The notes: generated by a model not told the origin, from the letters alone. DNA of 64,000 bases from Phoronis australis (GCA_002633005.1 NMRA01000101.1:682001-746000); one strand, 5' to 3'; positions 14,439 through 27,112 are shown, numbered from the stretch's first letter. Program-made: numbers and translations.

Positions 14439-15986
14439 TCCCCCCTTACTTAAAAACCTCTTAAACTAAGTCCTAAGTTGGTGAAAAAACAGTACTGTCT
14501 CTCACGCGTTATTAACCCTTATTACATGGTTAGAGGATGTTATACGGATCCAAGAAGTACTTACCCCATAACTAATACAAAAGGCAATCCGTACTCGAAA
14601 AAAGTTTAAATGAACGCGCCACTCACGATTCGCACCCGAAGAACGACCGTCATTTTGAACTTGCCGCGAACCCGGAAGTACAATTCATTCAGGAACCCAG
14701 GCTAAGAAAACCCCGTCAGTGCGACTGGAGCAGTGCTGGTTACCAGCCCGCAAATTGGGATAAAATAATCGACAGCTCGCCATAATTTTAATAAAATCAA
14801 AACACGGACAATTTTATTGAATTTGCTGAAGAAATGTGGCGAATAAATTTTGACAGAAATTATTTTGTCGGACTCGGGACCGCAGCCTATCGGACCCGGT
14901 GCGGATCGAGGCCAGACACTGGCGAACGGTAAAGGCATGCGGTTGCAAGCTGTTTTGTCGAAGTAAAATGGTCAAATCATAAATGCTGCATATATTCAAG
15001 GGTAGTTTCAGACACTTGCATGAAATTACGGGCTGGTTAGTCCTGTGTCACACTGCCGCGGCAGACCTTAGTTGGCCTGAGTCACCAGGTACCAGTGAAG
15101 ACTATCGTCAAAATACAGCTTGTGAGTAGGCCTATACAGCTTTGCGCTAAGGCTACCCTTAGGCCTAACTGGTCGCTAGCCACAGCGCTCGCTCAAACGA
15201 GGTTTATTTAGAACTTGGGTACTTCTGGCGAACTGTGCAAAGTTGTTGGCTTTCAATAGAGATTTTCCCAGACTGTGTATGAGCGCACCAAGCCTAAAAA
15301 ATGGGGTGATGGTTATGTTCAGAACTATGAGTTGCAGACGCTAAATTTTGGTACTTCCTGCCCTCTAGTGGAATATTGTCACGTTTTCTATTTCTTTCGG
15401 AGTTCTTCCTTCTCTGATGCAAACCTTTTCCCATTTCTCCAAATAGGGGGCTCATAACTATGTTAATGCATAACACGAACTAAACACCAATGCTATTTCA
15501 ACACAATGTGCGTATGTATTCATTGACAACTTGTAACAAAAATCTGCAAATAGATTAACTTAGCATTTATTACGTACCTGGTGGGTTCAAATAGCCCGCA
15601 TCATGCAGTGTTATTCCACATCACCACATCACCATACCAACTGGACACGGTTCAGAGACTTGCGGCTAAGACCACTTAGCAACTTTCAAACTACTTCCTA
15701 TTTACTTCGTCGGTCTATGTTGTGTTTCTAATTAATTTGGCCAAACTATCACAAAAATAATTCATTAACCGCAAATGACAAATGCAGAATTCTGCGCAAC
15801 ATACTTTAACTACAAAATAATAAGAAAAGACTGCCTTGGTGCAACCACTTTTTTTAGAGGTACTGTTGAAATAACATCAGTGGATAATACTGATTTTATA
15901 TACAGTAGATTCATTTCATTCTTTTTAAGCACTGTATTTCAGTGCACTACTTCTGTGAGCATATACTGTTTTTTAACCACCTAAAC

Positions 15987-16295
15987 CATAGGCGGATTTA
16001 GGAGGCCCCCCCCCACCTTGGCTGCAAGGAAAATGAAACAGCAACAGCGCGAAGCTTGAGGAAATATTGGGCTCAGGAACCAGTTGGTACGACTGGTAGC
16101 GGATTTGGGGGGGCTGAGATCAGGTCGCGGCGGAATCGTGTTCCCGTTTTTTTTGTCCAACGGTAACTTTCCAACCAGAAGGCCCACATCCCCGGCTCCA
16201 GAACTTTCGAGTCGCCTGTGCAGTTACGATCTCGCTTTGCCCAATTCCCCGAGGCAACGTGTTGTCCCCCCTATGATATCCTAGATCCGCCACTG
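15987..16295. mobile_element. MITE with CAKWGGCGGATYTAGG-type TIRs
   Basis: Left cataggcggatttagg, right cctagatccgccactg. TAAAC flanks both sides (15982-86, 16296-300). Confidence 0.65.
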
Positions 16296-16667
16296 TAAAC
16301 AGGGGTCGTTTTTATTTTGGGTTAGCCACTGCAGTAGGTTATTACCAACCAAATGGTCATGTAGGCTAACAAACTCTCAATTTCCCTAAGAACATATCCT
16401 TGTGAATGTGCATGAAGCTCAATCAAAAAACATGCTAAGAGCGCATCCATCTAATTCGTCTAACAGAATAAATAAGTGATAGCCATCTTCTTTGACAGGT
16501 TTATACTAATAGGTAAAATTAAAAAACAACAATGGAATATTGTTTGGAGAATGTAAATTTAATAACCAAGTATTGCAACGACAAAGATAACCATGGTGTA
16601 TCCATGACAAACTTATAAACAGATAGCAACATGTATCCACAACTCAGGAGCATCTACTGGTCACTCA

Positions 16668-19600
16668 TCATTGAAACCTGGTAACATAAGACTGAACTGC
16701 CTCTGCCTTGTCCGGTCTCGCATATTGGCTCGATAAAGGTAACGGAGTGTGTTGAAGCTCCACGGGTTGGTAAGTTGGGTCAGTGATCAATTTCAACACC
16801 TCCGTCACAAGGATATTTGTATACTCTGCAATATAATGTAACACTACAGTCTTAGGTTTGTTACCAGGGTTGTAGTACAACTTACCTACACCGTTCAGTA
16901 GGACCTCTTTACAATGCATTCTAGCAAGTTTACGAAACGATGGTACAAAATAATATAATTCCTACCTAGTTAAAACAAACTACAGTTTGAAGGTTTCTTA
17001 TTGCTTAATGTAAGTAACAAGGTTCTGCTGTACTGACTTCGATAAACCATCTACATAACTAAAAATCATGACTCATACAAAACAGATTTAGGACAAAAAG
17101 TGTAATTATGACAATTCCAGGATTAGAATAAACTGACATACGTTAATTTATGTAAAAATAACTTAAGTGTAGAATTGTCAGTCATCTCATTGAGTGAACA
17201 TTCATTAACGGAAACAAGATTTTTTCCCTAACTGGGCTCAAAAAAGCTATTGACCCACCATATGTTGCAGACTCCATGACCTTTGACACTTTTGCTTGGC
17301 CTTTTCGGAACTTTCGGAACTTCATACTAAACTCCTAGCTCCCATCTTCGTTTCTGGCTTGCGACCGGGGTGCATTTTCGTTGAAATGGAGAGCTGCAAT
17401 TTGAACTCTGAAAACAGATCATTATATGAGGAAAATGAAACTCACAACCCAAAATTTGTTTAATATTAAGGGGTTCAAATTTTTAGGTGTGAATTATTAT
17501 TTACTAAAAATATTTGCCAAGATACTACATCTTTTTGTTTGAAAGTTGGCCCAAACCTGCTATCCATGCCTTGAAATCCAAAGTGGTACATGTTTGGGGC
17601 AAATGTGTTAACAAGGCTGTTAAAACCTTCCACCACTGACGTTTGACCTTCAGGTGACAGTCGAGGGACATCTTTTAGAAGTTGTTTGCTCTCAAGCACT
17701 TCACAGAGTTCTTCATAAGCTTCTGTTCCTATGAAATATGTTGCGGGCATGACAATGACCTTGTGAAACAGAACAGATTTAATAATTACCCCTCTGTGCC
17801 TCGACACAAGTTTCATAGTTACACCTGTTACAAAAATAATAGTTTTTCAAGGTTCCATTCCACAAGATGTCAGTCAGTGTTCCTTGTATTATGTCTCGTT
17901 TGTGACAGAACAAATTGACAAGTGAACTTTGTCATTTTATTATTTCCATTACTTCTTGTATTTTGCAAATACGATCTGCTCAAAAGCAGAGTGTGCAATT
18001 AAATTAAAGTTCAAGAAATCAAAACTTTTTTCCAAAAACTTAAGAGTACCTGGCTGAAACCAAGCCTTTCCCGCACCACCATGAGGCAAGGGACCATCAG
18101 CACACTCTGCGAAGCGATCATTATGTCCATCGTGAATGTTAGCGATGTGTCGGGTCAAACTTTTCCACTTAGCAAGTGCAAGCTCCCCATCTCCAACACT
18201 ACTTGTGGCGCTCCAGTATAGATGGTTAATAGTGCTTCTCATCCAGCAAGAAACAAGGCGACAGGCTGCTTTCTTCGACAAGGCTTCTAACTTTTTGAGT
18301 AGCCCTACAACAACACGGGTAGAAAGCAATTGTTTACATAGGAAGTTAAATGACAAAGTGTTTAAAATTCTATTAAATGCAGTAATGGGTACTTAGGCAG
18401 TACATAGTGTGTAAAACTCCTCATTGTCTGCGTTCATCTGTCATGACTGTTGGTTTATGCCCATGTTTTTCAAATTCTGTTTTAACCCACACACTCCAAT
18501 GTATCACTTCAGGCTGTTGATAAAACATGCTTATGTGTAAAAAAACCCAAAACGGAAAATCGATATGTGACGTTTCAGCTATTCACTACACATCATGGTA
18601 TGTCAAAACTTGTTGTCTAATTGTTAATAACTTGGCAATGTCTAATGAATAGATGAAACGTCCAGTCAATATCAACTTTTTTTATTCCTGCGGCAATTGC
18701 CCGTTTTTTAACCTTACAAAAACAAAACCATAGAATCCGAAAGTAGAGCAAATTATCAGACATACCTTTCCCAACGTGTCATATGTCGAAGAAATGAAGC
18801 ACGTCCTCCCAATTCTCTTTCACCCATTTGTTGATTGATGCGTGCCTATCAGTAACCAAAACTCTAACTCTCTCTCCAAATCCGTCAAGGAATGTCTTTA
18901 CCCTTTTTAAACCCTCGGGCTCCATGTAATAAGACCCTCTGGTTTCGTTGCTCTGAAAAAAAATAACAGCATGACAGCTATCACTTGATGTCTGCACTGG
19001 CTTCTGCAAATTTTCATAACAGATAGGTCAAGACTTAGCTAATTCCTCTTCAATAGACACAGAGCATTTGATAAAATTTTTCTTCTCTTTGGTGCCACTG
19101 ACTTCATGACCCGAGGAATGGAGAACTGTGATATACTATGTATGTACAACTGAAAACATAAATATCTTAGATAAAACTGATTAATATGCCATTTCTATAC
19201 CTGAATAAGCCGAAGGTAGATGACCTTTTTGCGCTCTAAGTCGACAGCAACATATGTACCATATTTGGCAGAGTGGCTCATTGAATCGCATCGTCCATCA
19301 TCACCTATCATCATGCCCTCCTCAGGAGCAGATTCTATCAACTCGGCTTGCTGGCGTTGGAATACTGCCCTCACAGCCTGGTGAAGGAGGGAAGACTGAT
19401 GGCGATAGAAGGTTGAACTATTGTACACTTGCACTCCCATCATTCTAAGCAGTCGCAGAGTTTTGCCGGGAAGTGCCCCAACAAATAAGATGGCAGACGA
19501 GAGTAATACATTGACAGCATAGGTTTCTCCAACCAGTGGCTGGGAATCCCACGTAAAGGAGTTCCCACAAATGTCACATGATTGGTGGATAGCAACCATA

Positions 19601-21381
19601 GTCCCTTCTACTCTTGACACCTCACCGTGTTCTCCATGGCTTCCACAAAGCTGACAAATCGTGAACAGCTTCAGCAGCATACTCTCAAATACTATAAATT
19701 TTCTCTCTGCTTGAACATTGTGTCTCCCCCTGGAAAAAGAATTCAGTTATAGTAACTATCTTTCTTCAATAAATGAATAAAGGTAAGTAAATTGTGACTC
19801 ATTGTTTCATGTGACTACTGGGTTAAAGGTAATGGTTTATTGGGAATTAGGACTTTTATGAAACAGTGAGCATGTACACATTTTTGTAAAATATGTATCA
19901 AGTCCAAGTATCTATAGCTCATTCCACTTTACATTCCTCTCAAAGTCGTACCTCGAATACCTTCCAGTGAACTTACTCAGAGTTGAAATCGGCATTGGCT
20001 TCTTCTTCGTCGTCGTTCTCGTCATCAACCTCTTCGTGCTCAGGATTGTAATCCGGATCATGCTCCTCCCTTCCCATATGAACTGCTGTTCTTTAACATC
20101 CCTTGAATTCTCAAAATTGTTCAAAAGATGACTTTCTGGTGTCTGTGTAATCTTATCAACAGATCCAACAGCTGCTTGCACCCCTAAAATAGGCAAGAAC
20201 TAAATATATCAGAAAACGTTTTATAGTAAAAGAACAGTAAACATGTTGCACTGACATCACCAATATAGTTAATTGTAACAGTGTCAAAAGTATGAGAAAC
20301 AACATGAAAGAAGAGATGCAAATTGTTCTCGAATCACAATTATACCGTTTCTGATTCAGATGAAATAATTCAAATTGATATTCCACTAAGAAGCCATGAC
20401 TCGTGCAGAACAAATAGATTTACATAAAAGTACCTCTGTCTCGTGTTGCTATGTAACATTGCGTCGTTATTGTTTTCTTGGTGTTCCCAGTTTGCGTACT
20501 TCCGTTTCTTGTGGTGGGTGTGTCGGTGGCCACAGAAACCGAATTGTTTGTTGAAATTCGAAGGGCATCCTCAACACACAAATTTTGTTCAGAAGCACTA
20601 GTTCTATACGTTTGGAGACTGGGGAATCTGAGACCTCATCAGAAGAATTTCCTTGCCCGAATTCCCGGAATGTATCAACTAACTGTAATTAGAAGCGCAA
20701 TGCCTTTACAAGAAATCAAATCATTGACTACAAATGCAACATTTCAAATTTTAGACTTTTCCTAAATATGTCAACCTCCATTTAAACCCTAAAACTGATA
20801 CCAACAAAATTAATTAAGGGAGCATGTTAACCCAATGACAAAACTACTTGGTAAAGTATTCATGGAAATAAAGTGCTTAACTTGCACACAAATCAGCTGT
20901 AACTGCAGCGGCAATGCAATTGTTCATACCTACATATTCGTTCTCTTTTCAAATGCCTTGGAATCTGCCTATCTCTCTCTGGGATTTTCCAGTGCACGCA
21001 ATGTGGGGACGGCTCCTTCTTTGAGAAGTCTACGTCTGAAAAGTATTTTTCGAATTGACTCAATAAAATACTTAGTAGATTTGGTAAACTGACTTTTAGC
21101 ATTGTCAAAACACATATTACTTACATTTTTAACCAAATTATTTTAAGTTAATTTTTGCCAAAACATCGCACGTCTTCGCGTTTGTAATTGTTTTTAAAAA
21201 TCATGTAACTACTTCGTCGTATAACGATCACATTTGCGTACGGTGAAATAATTATATTAACAAAAAATGAAATTGGATAAATATATGTTATACAACGTAC
21301 GCGTTCGTACCACTGGTTAAGTATGTCCATGTTGTGATACGTTAAGCCCGAGTTCAAGTACATTTGCAGCGTGCATGACAC
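16668..21381 (-). pseudogene. Kolobok-type THAP + DDE transposase pseudogene (multi-exon)
   Basis: THAP end LLKEGAVPT (~21000-21030). Exon 19201-19729 RKFIVFESMLLKLF.C..C...WDSQP...DGRCDSMSHSAKYGTY. Exon 18766-18952 MEPEGL...LVTDRH...FDI*HVGK (Trp to TGA). ~18049-18305 INHLYW...KW.S...HI.N.H. ~17557-17730 LSP..QTS..EGFNS...FAP. C-terminus ends YVTRFQ* at 16668. GT-AG introns retained. Confidence 0.85.
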
Positions 21382-21518
21382 GGTAGTTCAAGTTGTATTT
21401 TACAGCAGCTACAGGCTTGGGGTACATATCTGATATTTTCAGTATTTTTGCTTGCGCGCACCCGGACAAAAAGTCCGAGAAACTGAGGCAAAAGTCCACT
21501 AAACACGCGCCATTTAAA

Positions 21519-21591
21519 GGAGGCAGTGTGGCTTGGTTGATAAGTGCCCGCTTTCTTTACTCTAGGTCGTGGGTTCGAGTTCCACTGAGTC
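21519..21591 (+). repeat. tRNA-derived (Arg-like) SINE head or tRNA pseudogene
   Basis: A-box-like TGGCTTGGTTG and B-box GGTTCGAGT. Anticodon arm does not fold canonically. Sister copy at 27033-27112. Confidence 0.55.
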
Positions 21592-21749
21592 ACACTGCTA
21601 AACCCTTGAGCCAGGTTTCTAGCTCCTCAGCTCGGTTTTAACCATAAAGCATAAAAATATTTCCAGGTGATCAGTGCAATGGGCCCACATGCGAGGCCTG
21701 CGCTCGTCTGGTCCAATGTGTATCAGACCGCCGGGAATTATTTTTAAGA

Positions 21750-21857
21750 ACGCACATTTCACATAGGTGCCCTTTTTAGTCCGCCCGCTTTTTGTTACCA
21801 AAGGGTCCACAAAGTCAGGAATTCGAGCCCCCATATTGAAGGCTGGGTGCGCGCATG
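21750..21857. repeat. Dispersed repeat, inverted copy at 50383-50492
   Basis: tagtccgcccgctttttgtta...gtcaggaattcgagcccc...gaaggctgggtgcgcgcatg is the reverse complement of 50383-50492. Confidence 0.75.
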
Positions 21858-22461
21858 TTTTGTCAGTGTTTGAATTGAAATCTAAATCCAAGTTAATGAG
21901 GTTTTCTTTGACTTCGTTGATTGATATCTGTGCAGGAAACTCAAGAGTTTGTGGCTGATGCAAGTTCGGATGCTTCAAATGCTCCTTGTGCGTGTTTTTT
22001 ATCATTATTAGGAACAAAATATTCAGAAATTAATCATAAAATTGACAAAAACACAGTGTTTACAGTAGTTACAGTTTTGCTTTTGGGCTGACGTATTTTG
22101 AGAATGAATTTGAAATTTGACTGATATTTGACCCCAGTAGTACATAAGGTGACCATAAAAGCGGCATGCAAACGTAACGTTCATTGCTTTGCTAAACTCA
22201 AACATATTGTGGCAATTCAGATAACTTTTGTGATTTAAGTGTTCTAAATTAACCGTTTATCACCAGTGTAACTTCCCATGTAAAACATAAACCCGCGGTT
22301 CCCTTATACTAGCTGGTATTCGCGCGAAGCACGGGTTCCATAAAACTACACCATCACTGTCCCAATAAGCCAAGCGTGCAGCACGCGCATCATCAACGCA
22401 CGGGGCATTTCAAAAAAGTAAGGCAGATACAAACGGGTATCATTGACGTGTAACAATAACT

Positions 22462-23055
22462 ATGGACGTAGAAAGTGACAGTGGTAGTGACTGCGACTTT
22501 TTGAGAGCTATATGGTTGAGTCAGAGGGATGTCCCGACTAGGAAGATACAGATAAATCCTCTTGTAAACGTATCGTCCCCTACATGTTCGAGCCGGAAGA
22601 GGCGGCCAATGAAGGTGGCGAAGGTGAAAATGATGACGAGGATGGTCAAGTCACTGAAGAAAATGACCGGTTGGAAGGCGTGGATAGGTGGTAAGATTCA
22701 ATACAGTTAGGCATGCACCCTAGTAATAAAAAAGTAAGGATGTAACATAAATACAACCTCATTCAATTGAGCTACGAAACAGTTACAATTTCAAACATTT
22801 TATTCACATTATGCATGCCTAGTAAATCGTCGAACCTCACTTATGCACGCTACTGAGTTCAATGGAGTGATATATATGTAGTTACAACGCAGCACTCACT
22901 TCGAAATATTCAAAAACAACCATTCACGAGCAATTTTACAGTATGTTGTATAGGCCTAACGGATAACTCATTTCAACAGGTGTACGTGCGGAAACTGTGT
23001 AGTGATGGACTCCAGACGAGAGTGTGTCTGTTGCCAGGAAGTAGTGAACACGATA
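22462..23055 (+). pseudogene. KolX / P2X7 C-terminal ballast-like Cys-rich protein, 3'-truncated pseudogene
   Basis: Exon 1 (22462-22690, frameshift and stop): acidic, IVPYMFEPE...DRLEGVDR-TG|gtaag. Exon 2 from 22980 (caacag|G): W-CTCGNCVVMDSRRECVCCQEV. Divergent from the Kolobok transposase. Confidence 0.8.
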
Positions 23056-23403
23056 TCGCATGTCAGTCACGTAGTCGTCTATAGACTTACTGCCTTGATG
23101 TGAAGTGAGTAATTTATGCGTCTGGGCCACAAAGTTTATCCGTGGTTTACAAAACACTGCAAACTTGTCCAGTACCTTTACTCGATCTTCTTTGTCTTTT
23201 TCTGCTTCCCATTTGAAAGAATCAAATATATCATTACCATATTCTGTTGTTCTCAGAAGCAGTGCCACTTTCACTTTGTCCGCTGCATTACACGGGTGTG
23301 AGGCTGTCAGGAAAATTTCGAAATTTCTCCGAAATCTATTCAATTGTTCCGGCAGGTTTCCACCCATTTTTAAGGGTTCGGACGCTAGAAACTTATCCCA
23401 CAT
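23056..23403 (-). pseudogene. Gypsy gag N-terminal fragment
   Basis: GNLPEQLNRFRRNFEIFLTAS...KVALLL...IFDSFKW...VLDKF..FCKPRIN...Q..SIDDYVTDMR is typical Gypsy gag. ATG lies right after the PBS. Confidence 0.85.
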
Positions 23404-23421
23404 TCCTCACTCGAGGCACCA
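23404..23421 (-). promoter_or_regulatory. Primer binding site (elongator tRNA-Met-like)
   Basis: Minus strand TGGTGCCTCGAGTGAGGA directly after the LTR CA. Resembles the complement of the tRNA-Met(e) 3' end (TGGTGCCCCGTGTGAGGA). Confidence 0.7.
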
Positions 23422-23809
23422 TGTAAATATGATGTTAGTCTGTGAAGTATTCTTGACGATGTTGTCACATAATTTTAGCACCTAAGCTCAAAAGAGACTG
23501 ACGACCATTTTGTCAAGAACCGAAAACAGTGTATTATTGTGTTCTGACGATTTCAGAAGATTAGATACGTTAAAACTGCTGTTTCAATATTTCCCAAGGC
23601 AATTCGCCAAATATATCAAGTCTGTTTTTGAAGTTAGAAACCGTCGCATTTATGGTAGGCCTACATCTGAGTTGTGTGGTTAGGTGACTAATAACCCCAA
23701 CTGCGCTGGGTACTTATTTTTCTTACGAATGTTATACCTATAACTGTTTGAATTAATTGTACTTGTCGCTATTATAATTAAAAACAAATACAATTCGAAC
23801 ATATCAACA
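23422..23809 (-). repeat. 5' LTR with internal insertion (~23550-23780)
   Basis: First ~128 bp and last ~25 bp (aatacaattcgaacatatcaaca) match the 14288-14438 LTR. Confidence 0.8.
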
Positions 23810-24299
23810 AGTTATTACTATGAGTCCAATATAACACCCGTTGCAATGGACACCAGAACATCAAATCTGCAAGAAATAATTATGTTACCATCATTTTAAA
23901 ACAAAACGTCAAAACGAAACGAAGCGTTAATGTTTACTTATTGACAATCCTTACCGATGGTTTGAGGATGTGGCAATGGAATGTTTATCTTATTTCGCAG
24001 ATAATCGTATGCCTTTGGACTATAGAAATAGAGTGTTAGTTCAGAGTCCCGTTGTTCATGAGAATACATCTAGGGTGGCCTGCTGAATAACTGACAGGAA
24101 TTTCTACAAAGAAATATAACGGCAATAGTTTTGGGAGTTAACTGGCTAACATGACTTAAAGATGTGGTAAACAGCTCTTTGACATCAATGATACATTCCT
24201 GTAATGTGTATTATCAAATTAAGATAACATAACTTGACACTGAACTCAATATCCTGAAAAGCAGTAATAGCCTGAGCATGTCTTCATTTTGGCAACCAG

Positions 24300-25691
24300 G
24301 GCCCGGTCTCCAACCTCCGTACTCAGACTCGAATCATGCTCAAACTCACACTTCATACTCAACTCGAGTACAGACTCAGCTTTGGTGTATTCAATGTCAT
24401 ACTCGAAAAATCTGTACTCGAAATTTCGAGCACGTACTCAGTTTTCGAGTGTACTCGAACTGAAGTGTATCTCATCTATATTTCGAGTACGATTTTGAGT
24501 AAAAATTCGGAGTCTATGCTCAAATTTCAAGTTTGGTATGGCAGTGTGCTTGAAATCGTACTCGAAAATAAATACGAGCCAGAGAACAAAATATAGAAAG
24601 GGAACTAAGAAACACAGCAAATCTAAAAAAAATAAGTTCTCTTACCGTATTTCAGCACTTCAATTTCAGTTCAGAGATAATAGTTTTCATCTTAAATCTT
24701 CTTATTCTTCACCTTATTAACCCGCCGTATCACTGTATGTTATGGCCGCCATTCTACCTCTACAATTCCTGGCAACAGGCGCATTGTAATCCCTTGTCGG
24801 CGAGTCATAACAAGCGTCGAAAGCAGTTGTGGGAAAAGTCGTGTGAGAAGTTTGTGCTGCCCTTATTTCGGTATGTGTGCCTACGTTTTGTAGGGTTTCC
24901 AAAAGACGAGGAGGGGAGGGAAGTTAAAAAAAGTTCGCTTCCCTGTCAGGTACATTTCTCATCATAACTTAGTCATCTATAATTCCTCAATCCCCAAATG
25001 GAATTCCAGATTTTGTTTGCCGATTTCTAAGTAGACGTCTCGTCCCGTTCACTGCCACTGGTGAACTCTGAATGCCTGCACAAGTATTGTTTTTTAACTC
25101 ACGTGCCAAATGTCAACTCACTTGATACATCCCGGTAAAATACAAAGATACAGTATCAAAGTTTGACATCAGCGTAGGCCTACACAGCAATGGGTTTTAT
25201 GTCAAGACTAAATTAGCAACAGAGATGTGATGTGATAAGCTGTTACAAATTTCTTTTAAAAGACGTTTTCGGGACTGGGTGAGGAACTCAAGAAGTGAAG
25301 CTTAATAATTGCCAAATTTATCAAAGAAATGGCATAAGAATATTTATTGAAACTAAAAAATGAATAACAGTTACAGAACACTCAGAATTCCACGTTATAG
25401 ACATACTGTTGTAGTTGTAGCGACAGCAGACGATAATGTAGGCCTAGTTCTTGGGGTGGTCTATTCCAATAGGGAGCGATGAATCAGCGCGGCTTTGCGT
25501 GATTTTGCATTTCACATCATAAAGAGTTCCATAGCAACTCGAGTATGAGTGTCAGATTTGAGTACGTTTGGAGTCTACTCGAAATACGACATTAGATACG
25601 CTTTTTTGAGTACGACTCCAGTGAGCACGATTTTGAGTATGAAATCTCAAGTATGAGTATGAGTCTGAGTACGGAGATTGGAGACTGGGCC
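24300..25691. mobile_element. Non-autonomous Harbinger-type element
   Basis: ~30-bp TIR GGCCC(G/A)GTCTCCAA(C/T)CTCCGTACTCAGACTC, 3-bp CAG duplication (24297-99, 25692-94), many subterminal TACTCGA/TCGAGTA motifs. Interrupts the P-like transposase. Confidence 0.85.
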
Positions 25692-27032
25692 CAGTTCATC
25701 AGTTAAAACAAGGCTTTGCTCCTCCAGATCATTCAACAGTCACCAAGCTGTGTGTAGCTGGTTTCTCTCAAACGCGTGCATTCTTGACGTCATGTTGAAG
25801 AATTTATCGCCTCTCATAGGCTAAGTCGAGACGTCTCCTCAGCTCTTTTCATCTAGAGTGCTGGTAGGAATGATCCTAAAGGAGGGGTTGGAAGTCAGTC
25901 ACAATGTACAGTTGTTTACGATACCTCTTTGTGAGAAAATGAAACAGTTGGGCACACTATTACCATTTTATACCAAGGCCAGTGCTTGTGTGCATTAATA
26001 CTTTTATCTGGAGATTAAACTAAGATGCTACACATTTTCTAATTGATGGTCTCGCCTCTTCAGTTTCTCAGCAATTTATTAACTGTAGATTGCGTCGTAC
26101 AGGTTCTAAGCAGCTTCCAAACTGATGGGGAGGACGTAGCAACTAAAGTGCACACTCCATGCATGTACCTTATTGATCTATATCAAAAAGAATTTCTTAC
26201 ATTGAACACACATTAGGCAAGCGTTTAGAAAGGATTTATACACCATACATACTTGTGACACATCTACAGTGCTGGCATCACTCTTATATGTCGCTGTAAG
26301 CTGAGATGTCAGCGGCAACTTGTTGACTATTTCTGGTCAAACTTGGAAATGACTCTTTGGTCTGCAATATTCAAGACAGAAAACGGGTGCTAATTTATTT
26401 GCAGTCACTTAAGGCGCTATATGAAAATGACAAATGACCCTTAAAATGTAGCAAAACACATGGTCTTACATTTACCTGGAGATGTGAAAATAAGGACTTT
26501 TGGTACAGCGTAAGGTTGAATACTAACACGGTACACCCAGTGATATCGAAGTCTTATATAGAAAAGTGTTGGGGCTACAGAAAACTGTCAGAGCATGGTT
26601 CCCCCAAACTGCCATCATGCCTGCTTCGCTGTATAGCGTGAGCCCACTATTTACGAAGTGATTCGTCTTTGGGAAACCAGCCACAAGAAGTTATGGAAAA
26701 AAATTAGAAAAGACAGCCTGAGAACAAAATCCAGGGTACTCTGTAAGCAAGATTTCAAGCATAGACTATGTAAATTCCGCATCATGATGCCCAGATATTT
26801 ATGAGTGGGGGCGCTGCCTACCTGCTCCCCTCTTCCTACTACCGTACATTATGTCACAACTTTGTACAAGTGAAAAATAATTGCAGGCGTATGGTACACG
26901 CTGTGTCACACGTACGCAGGCTGCTCAAGCCGGCCCATTGCACTGATGACATGGAATCATGTTTATTAGTTATTAATCTGTAGCTAAAACAAAGGTGAGA
27001 AGCAAGAGACCTGACTCAAAAGTCTAGAAGTA

Positions 27033-27112
27033 GACTCTAGTGGGACTCGAACCCCGAACCTTGCAATTGAGTAAAGGAAGCGGATACTTATCCCATTAGG
27101 CCACACTGCGTC
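27033..27112 (-). repeat. tRNA-derived (Arg-like) SINE head or tRNA pseudogene
   Basis: Minus strand GACGCAGTGTGGCCTAATGGGATAAG...GGTTCGAGTCCCACTAGAGTC with A and B boxes. Confidence 0.6.

Larger units (their letters stand above)
14288..23809 (-). mobile_element. Ty3/Gypsy-like LTR retrotransposon remnant with ~150-bp LTRs
   Basis: Direct repeats 14288-14438 and 23422-23809 (the latter with a ~230-bp insertion), both TG...CA. PBS next to the right LTR, PPT (minus TAAGGGGGGA) at 14439-14448. Flanks aatta/agtta form a 5-bp TSD with one mismatch. Gag fragment follows the PBS; no pol seen. Confidence 0.85.

Noticed and set aside
14996-15020. tcaa|gggtagtttcagacac as the Kolobok left terminus
   Set aside because: TTAA is imperfect and no matching right TIR exists in the window to confirm it.
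21519-21591. Functional tRNA gene
   Set aside because: Anticodon arm and acceptor stem do not pair properly; treated as SINE head or pseudogene (same for 27033-27112).
22936-23403. 155-aa ORF as an intact gene
   Set aside because: It is a chimera of truncated gag and antisense KolX or intron sequence.
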